Assembly (NCBI RefSeq): GCF_963921235.1
Contig: NC_086128.1
Coordinates: 20,460,001-20,524,000, forward strand
Direction of reading: 5' to 3'
Length of the DNA: 64,000 bases
Source of the DNA: Mobula hypostoma
Taxonomy: Eukaryota
In this document: piece after piece, positions 52,771-63,500 of the stretch
Position numbering within the stretch: position 1 is the stretch's first letter
How the letters are laid out: every line of letters begins with the position of its first letter
Notes under the pieces: generated by a model
The model's input: the letters and a program-made list of their open reading frames with translations, nothing else
Told to the model about the DNA's origin: nothing
Databases searched by the model: none
Translations under genes and position numbers: made by a program

Positions 52771-54269
52771 CCTTGATGATCTGTCTGGACATCACACAAA
52801 CAAGAGCTTTTCAGTGTATCTCTTCTTTTTCAATCTTTTTATTAAATTTCAGATGAATATATACATAACAATACGATGATGACAACAATGATAACAATTA
52901 TCAACTATGATAATAACAATGATATAAAGAGATCGGTGTAACATTGATAATGGTTAACATATACAAACATAATTAGAGTAAAATATATGATTGAATCCTC
53001 CCAATCTCTGAGTAATTGAACATGAAAAGAGCATTTTATAAAGAACTCCCAAACTAAAAAAAAAACAAAACAAAAACTGGGATGTCCTATTCCTTCGGAT
53101 AAGAACATTATTTGTCATTAACTCCGGTCCTCCATAGATAAACAAAAGGTTATTAAAAAAGAAATGGTTCTGAAAGGGACAGCTTACATCATATGAAAAT
53201 GTTGAATAAATGGTCTCCAGGTTTCTTCAAATTTAACTGAAGAATCACCCGTACCACACCTAATTTTTTCCAGGTTTAAACATAATATAGTTTGAGAAAA
53301 CCATTGAAAAGTAGTAGGGGGATCAGAATCTTTCCATTTAAGTAAGATGGATCTTTTAGCTATTAGTGTAACAAATGCAATCAAACAGCAAGCTGAAAAG
53401 GATAAATGACCAACATCTGTCACTAGTAATCCAAAAATTGCAGTAATAGAGTGAGATTTTAAATTAATATGTAAAACTGTTGAAATAATATCAAAATATC
53501 TTTCCAATATGTATCTAAAAGAGGGCAAGACCAAAACATATGTGTCAGAGCTAATTTATCCTTAGACATATGAGCCCTATGGACTATTTTAAATTTTATC
53601 AGTGTATGTCTAGCACACATTGAGGAAGTATTAACTAGTTGAAGAATTTTCTCCCATTTCTCTATAGGTAAAGATACCTGAGGTTCTCTTTCCCATTCAT
53701 TTTTTATTTTATCAGATGTACCTAGATGTATTTTCATAATTAAATCATACAAAACTGCTATTAAGCACTTCTGATCGGGATATAAACCTAATTTTTTTTC
53801 TGTAATATTAGTTGGATGAAATATTGGAAAATTAGGTAAAATACCATTCAAAAAACTTCTAATCTACAGATACCTGAAAAAACGTGAACTAGGCAACTTA
53901 TATTTATTAGATAATTGTTCAAACGACATGAGACATGGATAAATCACGAAAGCATGCTACTCCCCTCGTTTTCCATAAGGAAAAAGCTTGATCAATTCTA
54001 GAAGGTTGAAAGAAAAAATTAGATATAATAGGACAAGATAAAATAAATTCATTCAATCCAAAAAATTTGCAAAATTGAAACCATATTCGTATTGTATGTT
54101 TAATTATTGGATTAATTATTTGTTTATTCAGTTTGGTTAATGCAAAGGGGAGCGAAGCTCCTAAAATAGAAACTAATGAGAATCCCTGCATAGACTCACC
54201 CTCCAGGTTCACCCATCGTGGACAATGAATTTCATCCCAATCTTGCGTCCAAAACTTTAAATATCGGAT

Positions 54270-54780
54270 ATGCTGAGGATGTTCTATGAGTCTGTGGTGG
54301 CCAGTGCGATCATGTTTGCTGTTGTGTGCTGGGGCAGCAGGCTGAGGGTAGCAGACACCAGCAGAATCAACAAACTCATTCGTAAGGCCAGTGATGTTGT
54401 GGGGATGGAACTGGACTCTCTCTCGGCGGTGTCTGAAAAGAGGATGCTGTCTAAGTTGCATGCCATCTTGGTCAATGTCTCCCATCCACTACATAATGTA
54501 CTGGGTGGGCACAGGAGTACATTCAGCCAGAGACTCATTCCTCCGAGATGCAGCACAGAGCGTCATAGAAGTCATTCCTGCCTGTGGCCATCAAACTTTA
54601 CAACTCCTCCCTTGGAGGGTCAGACACCCTGAGCCAATAGGCTGGTCCTGGACTTATTTCCTGGCATAATTTACATATTACTATTTAACTATTTATGGTT
54701 CTATTACTATTTATTATTTATGGTGCAACTGTAACGAAAACTAATTTCCCCCGGGATCAATAAAGTATGACTATGACTAT
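54270..54780 (+). mobile_element. Rex1-like LINE 3' fragment inserted into L1
   Basis: MLRMFYESVVASAIMFAVVCWGS...SHPLH; AATAAA followed by a (TATGAC)n tail. Confidence 0.8.
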
Positions 54781-55061
54781 ATTAATTGCCCAATAATAAA
54801 ATCTAAAATTCGGCAATGCTAAACCACTGTCCTTTTTTGATTTCTGTAGATTTTTCTTTCTCAATCTAGGATTTTTATTCTGCCATATATATTAATTTTA
54901 GAAATTTTAGAATCAATAATATCAAAAAAGGATTTAGAGATAAAAATTGGTACCATTTGAAATAAATACAGAAATTTAAGTAAAACAGTCATTTTAATAA
55001 CATTAATTTAACCAATCAATGATAAGGACAGCGGGGACCATTTAGTAAACAATTGTTTAAT

Positions 55062-55373
55062 AAAGGCATCTGTTAGTCTTGCAAGACCATGGATCTGTGC
55101 CTGGAAAGTCTTCAATCTCCAGGGCACAGGCCTGGGTAAGGTTGTATGGAAGACCAGCAGTTGCCCATGCTGCAAGTCTCCCCTCTCCACGACACCAATG
55201 TTGTCCAAGGGAAGGGCATTAGGACCCATACAGCTTGGCACCAGTGTCATCACAGAGCAATGTATGATTAAGTGTCTTGCTCAAGGACACAACACATTGC
55301 TTTAGCTGGGGCTCGAACTCATGACCTTCAGGTCGCTAGTCCAATGCCTTAACCACTTGGCCACCTGCTCACA
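55062..55373 (-). mobile_element. tRNA-derived SINE
   Basis: Minus strand has A box TGGCCAAGTGG and B box GAGTTCGAGCC, followed by a non-tRNA body (GTGTCCTTGAGCAAGACACTT). Confidence 0.7.
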
Positions 55374-56339
55374 CTAGGACATTAAAACCCACCTATAATG
55401 ACAAATGGAGAAAGCAAAATAGTGTCAAACATCAGGGACATGTGCCTAGTTTCCATTTGTGTATTATTTGATGCACTTTTCACAGCACTAGGATTCTCAT
55501 TTAGGGCAAATAACATCCTTTATTCTGCAGAGGTAAAGCATACTGATGCGATGGCTGATGGCATTACTGCACACTCTAAACCTCGATTGCATTTGCTTCA
55601 GCAAAACATTGATCAGGATGCGATATTGAATAAGGCACACACCTTAAAAACTTATAGCCTCACTGCAATGGAACACATGACTGTAAACAGATTAGATGAA
55701 TGCCGTAGAAACCATGTTATGCTGGCAGTGCAGAATTGCTTACTATCTTGTAACTCTAATTGCTTGCTTGGAATTACAATTTTTATTAAGGCCACTGAGC
55801 TAGGAACTTCTCTAACAGGCAGTGAAGAATGAGAGAGGTAACATGCTAAGATACATTTAATCAATGTTGCCCATTTTCTAGGAGTTCCACAATGTGCAGG
55901 GTTCACTTTGTATTTTATGTACTTGATCCCTTTGTAGTTAAACATTTTGTAGTCTCACTCCATTACCATTTGCCTTTTCATTCTTCCTTCCTATAGTTTC
56001 CCCCTACAATAAACTCCATTTGCCAACTTGTTAATACAACAAGAAGCTCTTTGCATTCTCCTGACAGCTTGCTAATCTACCTATCTCATCAGCAAATTTG
56101 GTTGCATTACACTCAGTCCCTTCATCCAAACTGTTAATATAGATTGACCCTTCTGGTCCTTTGAGATGCACTGCCTGGCAATCCCCGAAAACCCCATTTT
56201 AACCCTAATTTAATCACGGGACAATTTACAATGACCAATTAACCTACCCGGTGCATCTTTAGATCGTAGGAGGAAACCAGAGCGCCTGGGGAAAACCCAT
56301 GCATTCCACAGGGAGGATGCACAAAGACCCCTTACAGAG

Positions 56340-56922
56340 GTGGAAATAAAGAGTGGGAATAAAGGAGGCACTTTCTGGTTGGCTGCTGGTGACTACTAGT
56401 TTCCACAGGGGTTGGTGTTGGGACCACTTCTTTTCACATTGCTTATCAACAACTTGGATGAAGAAATTGATGGCCAAGTTTGCAGATGATACAAAAATAG
56501 GTGGAAGGGCATATAGTGCTGAGGAAGCAGGGTGTCTGCAATAAGAGAGATTGGGGGAATTGGGCAAAGAAGTGGCAGATGGGATAAAATGTAGGGAAGT
56601 GCATGGTCATGCAATTTGGCAGAAGGACTAAAGGTGTGGACTATTTTGTAAATGGGGAGAAAATTCAAAAATCAGAGGTGCAGAGGGACTTGGGACATCA
56701 TGCAGAATTCCCTAAAGCTTAACTTGCAGGTTGAGTCAGTAGTAAGGAAGGCAAATGCAATGCTTGCACTCATTTCAAGAGGACTAGAGTACAAAAGCAA
56801 GGATGTAATGCCTAGGCTTTATAAGGCATTGGTGAGGCCTCACTTGGAGTATTGTGATCAGTTTTGGGTCTCTTATCTAAGAAAGCATGTGCTGACATTG
56901 AAGTAAGTCCAGAGGAGGTTCA
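56340..56922 (+). mobile_element. CR1 LINE RT fragment
   Basis: AKFADDTKIGG; KALVRPHLEYCDQFW. Confidence 0.85.
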
Positions 56923-57612
56923 TCAGGTCGCTAGTCCAATGCCTTAACCACTTGGCCACGTGCCCACATGTATTGTTTAACATGGTTAATTAAGGGTAGA
57001 AAGTTAACTTTAAATAGATCTTTATATTTTTTAGTAATTTTGATACCCAAATAAGTGAAATAATCAGTAATTAATTCAAATGGCAATTGTCTATAAATTG
57101 GAACTTGCATATTTAGTGGAAAAGCTCACTCTTAAGATTTAGTTTATAACCAGAAAAACTACTAACCTGAGTTAGTACTGTAGTGATAAAACTGCCGGGA
57201 TGGCTTTCTCTGGGTTAGAGATATATAGCAACAAGTCATCTGCATACAATGATACCTTATGCGTCTCCTTCCCACGAGTAATTCCAAATATATTGGGTGA
57301 ATCATGAAAGGCAATTGCCAAGGGTTCCAAAGCTGTATCAAATAACAAAGGACTTAACGGACAACCCTGTCTAGTACCTCTGAAAAGCCTAAAATAGGGG
57401 ATCTCTGATTATTGGTAACTACGGAAGCCAAAGGTGAATGATATATCAATTCAAAACAAGAAATAAATTTTGTGCTAAAGTTGAATCTCTCAAGCACATT
57501 AAATAAATATTTCCATTCAACTCTGTCAAACGCCTTCGCGGCGTCGAACAAAATAACGCACTCCTTCAGCGGTTAAAAAAGTCTGTTAGTAGTTTGAACT
57601 GGTTCCCTAACT

Positions 57613-57829
57613 CAGTGGACCCAACCACCGGGCTGCAAAGCATGTGCTACCGGGCCGCGAAGAAACGATATGATTTGGCGATATGAAACGATATGAGTCA
57701 GCTGCACCTTTCCTCATTCCGTCACGCCCACTGTTGAACTTGAACACCCTCCCACCCCCTGTCGGCCGGTCCGCAAGAATATTGTCATATTAAACCGGCC
57801 CGCTGTGCAAAGAAGGTTGGGGACCCCTG
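57613..57829. mobile_element. hAT-superfamily non-autonomous element (MITE)
   Basis: 8-bp TSD CCCTAACT (57605-57612, 57830-57837); CAGTGGACCCAACC...GGTTGGGGACCCCTG ends; empty site visible in the paralogous copy near 52640. Confidence 0.9.
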
Positions 57830-57940
57830 CCCTAACTACTTGTCCCGCCACTTTAGAAAGTACCATCTCATCTCAACTTTGCAAATTACTATCATTAAGT
57901 TTCAGAAGTTAATTTTACAACACTATATTCTGCAATCTGT

Positions 57941-58108
57941 AAACACGAGGAATTCTCCAGATGCTGGAAATTCAAGCAACACACATCAAAGTTGCTGGTG
58001 AATGCAGCAGGCCAGGCAGCATCTCTAGGAAGAGGTACAGTCGACTGTACCTCTTCCTAGAGATGCTGCCTGGCCTGCTGCTTTCACCAGCAACTTTGAT
58101 GTGTGTTG
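57941..58108. repeat. Fold-back insertion of the Penelope-pLTR-like family
   Basis: 132-bp palindrome 57977-58108 with one mismatch; 14-bp TSD ATTCTGCAATCTGT (57927-57940, 58109-58122). Confidence 0.85.
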
Positions 58109-58279
58109 ATTCTGCAATCTGTTATTGTTTTCCTCTTTTTACCAGTCATTAATCTAAATAACTCCTTCCTGGTGTTAAACAAACTGGATTATGGCCCCTG
58201 AGTTGCCTACCCTTGAATTTGGGAATAAGAGAGACTGTCTGCCAACCCTGTGGAACTGTTCTATCTTGCTGTTTCAGTA

Positions 58280-58616
58280 CACATGGCTGGCAGTGACTCC
58301 GACCAGGGCCAACATTGCTCAGTTTGGCGCCTTGTTGTTCCGTCGGTCGCAGTTCCTGCAGCAACCGGAGCGGGGCAGGGTAGAGCACGCCGTTTACTTC
58401 CTGCAGCCGTGAGCTAGAAATCTTTGCTTTCGTGATTCCCCGCTTCATAATCGGAACTTCTACATTTTAAACGAGAATCTAAGAACTAGCTATGCGTTAA
58501 TTGAGGCGTACGAAGCGTACTTTGGGACGAATTTTTGAATTGAGTTTATCTACACCCGAGTCTTTGTGTGCTATAGTGGAAAGACGGGACTGGGTCTCAT
58601 TTAACGTGAAGCCATC
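58280..58616 (+). promoter_or_regulatory. CpG-rich putative promoter / 5'UTR of the PYD gene
   Basis: Local CpG retention in otherwise CpG-depleted DNA, directly upstream of the PYD ATG. Confidence 0.5.
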
Positions 58617-58899
58617 ATGACACCAAAATGTCTTATACTCAAAGTCCTTGATGAACTGACCGCGGGAGACTTGAAAAAATTCATCTTTCATCTCAGGGAA
58701 AGCGCTGAGTGGGCTCCAATACCGATTAGTCAGCTGGAAGACAAAGCACGCGAGGAAATTGCACAATTGCTCCAGGAACACTATGGCAAGCAGGCGGTGG
58801 ATATCACCAGAAAGGTTATTCGTAATATCCCAAGGCGCGATCTCGAGGGGATGTTCGCAGATGGAGGAGAGAGGAACGGATCCATAGAAAGGATGCAAG
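58617..58899 (+). CDS. First coding exon of a pyrin-domain (PYD, death-fold) protein; rest of the gene not found in this window
   Basis: gccatcATG start. MTPKCLILKVLDELTAGDLKKFIFHL...IPISQLEDKAREEIAQLLQEHYGKQAVDITRKVIRNIPRRDL matches the PYD pattern (L..L..L...dLKKFK..L...IP...LE......A.LL...YG...A...T...L..I.R.DL). Strong phase-1 donor CAAG|GTAAG; CpG-rich context. Confidence 0.85.
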
Positions 58900-59211
58900 G
58901 TAAGATTGACACGTTGATTGAAATTGCCCCAAGGAACTCAGCCATCGAATGAACAAGTTAGTCAGGACCCACAATAAGAGCAGGCTGTAAACAGAAAATG
59001 CACAAGGGCCGAATGGCCTACACCTGCACCTATTTTCTATTTTCTATGTTTCCCTGAATGTTGACAACAGATACTTGTTTTCCATCACTAAACATCTGCC
59101 TGTATTCTCCCACGTTCCCACTTTCTCCCATTCATTTCACCGGTGATCGAAACAACATTCTTGCTGTCCCACTGCAGAATAATTAGTAAAGAACTGTTTA
59201 AATTCTTGCAA

Positions 59212-59215
<4 letters not shown>

Positions 59216-59244
<29 letters not shown>
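59216..59244. repeat. (CA)n microsatellite at the head of a fold-back-family fragment
   Basis: Direct reading. Confidence 0.9.
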
Positions 59245-59249
<5 letters not shown>

Positions 59250-59644
59250 CTGGAGGAACTCAGCGGCCATGCAGCCCGAAACATCGACTGTATTCTTTTC
59301 CATAGATCCATAGGTCAATCAAAACTGAGGGCAGAAGAACCTTTTGGTGAATCGCTTGAATTATTTATCCCTGAAGTTTGTGGAAGCATTTAAAGTGGAA
59401 GTAGGTAAACGTTTGAAAATCAAAGTTTCATAGGACTACAGGTACTGGGAACTGGCATAGAGAAGGTCTGGAGCAAATCAGCCATGATCATTGAATGGCA
59501 GGGCAGCCTTGAGGGACCAAGCGGCCTACTTATGTTCTTATTACATTCATAATGCTTTTGAGGTCAATATTAAACAAAAATTTATTCAGAGACAGTTAAG
59601 GAGATATTAGGACAGGTGACCAGAAGCTTGGGGTCATTCACTTA

Positions 59645-60045
59645 TGACCATAAGACATAGGAGCAGAATTAGGCCCTCTGGCTAAAAAGATTCCTCCTCA
59701 TCTCTCTTTTAAATGGATGTCCCTCTATTCAGAGGCTGTGCCCTCCTGTCCTAGACTTCCCTACCAAAGGAAGCATCCACTCCAGGTCTTTCAACATTCG
59801 ATAGGTTTCAATGAGATCCCCCTCATTTTTCTAAATTCCAATGAGTACAGGCCCAGAAACATCATACGCTCCTCATACAGTAAGCCTTTCATTCCCGGAA
59901 TCATTCTTGTGAACCTCTGAACCCTTTCTAATGTCAGCATATCCTTTCTGAGGTAAGGGGTCCAAAATTGCTTACAATACTTCAAGTGAGGCCTCACCAA
60001 TGCCTTTTAAGCTTTCAGCATTATATCCTTGCTCTTGTATTCTTA
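59645..60045 (-). mobile_element. CR1 LINE 3' fragment
   Basis: VRPHLKYCKQFWTPYLRKDMLTLERVQ. Confidence 0.85.
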
Positions 60046-60556
60046 TCTTTAAATATTTTTATTAATATTATATAAATTGCATAAATACAAATACAAAATT
60101 CATAAGGATACAAGTAATATGAATTACATTACACTTAAATCACAGTAATACGACCACAATATCCCATATTCCAAATCAATCATGTAGAAAAAAAAGATTG
60201 AATTATGAAATGAAATAAAATAATTGTATTTTATTTTTTAAAAATCTGCTCCCACTACCAAAATGAGCTGGTTGGTTAAAAAAAAAAGAAAAAAAAAAGA
60301 AAAACCTTACCATATAACATAATAATAATGGCTCAGATCCATACTTTAATAACAGTTCAAAGATTATGAAAATAACTCAGACAGGGTCCCCATAACATTA
60401 GAAAATCATGCTTAGAATCAGAAAAAGAACAACGAATCTTCTCTAGATCAAAGTATAACATAACATCAGATAGCCATTGAACATGAGTGGGTGGGGTGGC
60501 CTCCTTCCACTTGAGCAAGATCGCCCTCCTGGCCATAAGAGACAGAAAGGCCAATA
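60046..60556 (-). mobile_element. L1-clade LINE 3' end
   Basis: ARRAILLKWKEATPPTHVQWLSDVMLYFDLEKIR...WGP; 3'UTR with AATAAA. Confidence 0.8.
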
Positions 60557-63500
60557 CACAGAAACATAGAAAATAGGTGCAGGAGTAGGCCATTTGGCCC
60601 TTCGAGCCTGCACCGCCATTTATTATGATCATGGCTGATCATCCAACTCAGAACCCCGCCCCAGCCTTCCCTCCATACCCCCTGATCCCCGTAGTCACAA
60701 GGGCCATATCTAACTCCCTCTTAAGTATAGCCAGTGAACTGGCCTCAACTGTTTCCTGTGGCAGAGAATTCCACAGATTCACCACTCTCTGTGTGAAGAA
60801 GTTTTTCCTAATCTCGGTCCCAAAAGGCTTCCCCTTTATCCTCAAACTGTGACCCCTTGTTCTGGACTTCCCCAACATCGGGAACAATCTTCCTGCATCT
60901 AGCCTGTCCAATCCCTTTAGGATTTTATACGTTTCAATCAGATCCCCCCTCAATCTTCTAAATTCCAACAAGTACAAGCCCAGGTCATCCAGTCTTTCTT
61001 CATATGAAAGTCCTGCCATCCCAGGAATCAATCTGGTGAACCTTCTTTGTACTCCGTCTATGGCAAGGATGTCTTTCCTCAGATTAGGGGACCAAAACTG
61101 CACACAATACTCCAGGTGTGGTCTCACCAAGGCCTTGTACAACTGCAGTAGTACCTCCCTGCTCCTGTACTCGAATCCTCTCGCTATAAATGCCAGCGTA
61201 CCATTCGCCTTTTTCACCGCCTGCTGTACCTGCATGCCCACTTTCAATGACTGGTGTATAATGACACCCAGGTCTCGTTGCACCTCCCCTTTTCCTAATC
61301 GGCCACCATTCAGATAATAATCTGTTTTCCTATTTTTGCCACCAAAGTGGATAACTTCACATTTATTCACATTAAATTGCATCTGCCATGAGTTTGCCCA
61401 CTCACCCAACCTATCCAAGTCACCCTGCATCCTCTCAGCATCCTCCTCACTGCTAACACTGCCACCCAGCTTCGTGTCATCCGCAAACTTGGAGATGCTG
61501 CATTTAATTCCCTCATCCAAGTCATTAATATATATTGTAAACAACTGGGGTCCCAGCACTGAGCCTTGCAGTACCCCGCTAGTCACCGCCTGCCATTCTG
61601 AAAAGGTCCCGTTTATTCCCACTCTTTGCTTCCTGTCTGCTAACCAATTCTCCATCCACATCAATACCTTACCCCCAATACCGTGTGCTTTAAGTTTGCA
61701 CACTAATCTCCTGTGTGGGACCTTGTCAAAAGTCTTTTGAAAATCCAAATATACCACATCCACTGGTTCTCCCCTATCCACTCTACTAGTTACATCCTCA
61801 AAAAATTCTATGAGATTCGTCAGACATGATTTTCCTTTCACAAATCCATGCTGACTTTGTCCGATGATTTCACCGCTTTTCAAGTGTGCTGTTATCATAT
61901 CTTTGATAACTGACTCCAGGAGTTTCCCCACCACCGACGTTAGGCTAACCGGTCTATAATTCCCCGGTTTCTCTCTCCCTCCTTTTTTAAAAAGTGGGGT
62001 TACATTAGCCACCCTCCAATCTTCAGGAACTAGTCCAGAATCTAAAGAGTTTTGAAAAATTATCACTAATGCATCCACTATTTCTTGGGCTACTTCCTTA
62101 AGCACTCTAGGATGCAGACCATCTGGCCCTGGGGATTTATCTGCCTTCAATCCCTTCAATTTACCTAACACCACTTCCCTACTAACATGTATTTCGCTCA
62201 GTTCCTCCATCTCACTGGACCCTCTGTCCCCTACTGTTTCTGGAAGATTATTTATGTCCTCCTTAGTGAAGACAGAACCAAAGTAATTATTCAATTGGTC
62301 TGCCATGTCCTTGCTCCCCATAATCAATTCACCTGTTTCTGTCTGTAGGGGACCTACATTTGTCTTTACCAGTCTTTTCCTTTTTACATATCTATAAAAG
62401 CTTTTACAGTCCGTTTTTATGTTCCCTGCCAATTTTCTCTCATAATCTTTTTTCCCCTTCCTAATTAAGCCCTTTGTCCGCCTCTGCTGAACTCTGAATT
62501 TCTCCCAGTCCTCAGGTGAGCCACTTTCTCTGGCTAATTTGTATGCTTCTTCTTTGGAATTGATACTATCCCTAATTTCCCTTGTCAGCCACGGGTGCAC
62601 TACCTTCCTTGATTTATTCTTTTGCCAAACTGGGATGAACAATTGTTGTAGTTCATCCATGCAACCTTTAAATGCTTGCCATTGCATATCCACCGTCAAT
62701 CCTTTAAGTGTCATTTGCCAGTCTATCTTAGCTAATTCACGTCTCATACCTTCAAAGTTACCCCTCTTTAAGTTCAGAACCTTTGTTTCTGAATTAACTA
62801 TGTCACTCTCCATCTTAATGAAGAATTCCACCATATTATGGTCACTCTTACCCAAGGGGCCTCTCATGACAAGATCGCTAATTAACCCTTCCTCATTGCT
62901 CAAAACCCAGTCCAGAATAGCCTGCTCTCTAGTTGGTTCCTCGACATGTTGGTTCAAAAAACCATCCCGCATACATTCCAAGAAATCCTCTTCCTCAGCA
63001 CCTTTACCAATTTGGTTCACCCAATCTACATGTAGATTGAAGTCACCCATTATAACTGCTGTTCCTTTATTGCACACATTTCTAATTTCCTGTTTAATAC
63101 CATCTCGACCTCACTACTACTGTTAGGTGGCCTGCACACAACTCCCACCAGCGTCTTCTGCCCCTTAGTGTTACGCAGCTCTACCCATATCGATTCCACA
63201 TCTTCCCGGCTTATGTCCTTCCTTTCTATTGCGTTAATCTCTTCTTTAACCAGCAACGCCACCCCACCTCCCCTTCCTTCATGTCTATCCCTCCTGAATA
63301 TTGAATATCCCTGAACGTTGAGCTCCCATCCTTGGTCACCCTGGAGCCATGTCTCTGTGATCCCAACTATATCATAATCATTAATAACAATCTGCACTTT
63401 CAATTCATCCACCTTATTACGAATGCTCCTTGCATTGACACACAAAGCCTTCAGGCGCTCTTTTACAACTCTCTTAGCCCTTATACAATTATGTTGAAAA

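Larger units (their letters stand above)
52825..57562 (-). mobile_element. 5'-truncated L1-clade LINE interrupted by Rex1, SINE and CR1 insertions
   Basis: FDAAKAFDRVEWKYL (57551), YADDLL (~57232-57249), YLG motif, GLALPNF, KFKIVHR, THMFWSCP, KRSILLKWK; A-rich 3' end near 52825. Confidence 0.88.

Noticed and set aside
55300-55373. tRNA gene
   Set aside because: The A/B boxes continue into a SINE body; this is a SINE head, not a stand-alone tRNA
55398-55832. 144-aa ORF in the unrecognised block
   Set aside because: No recognisable domain, splice signals or promoter; likely a chance ORF
41000-58200. METAP1D or other expected neighbour exons downstream of HAT1
   Set aside because: No recognisable exon found; the region is largely explained by 3'UTR and transposons
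62539-63126. 195-aa + strand ORF (also 61036-61740)
   Set aside because: Antisense shadow of CR1 ORF2
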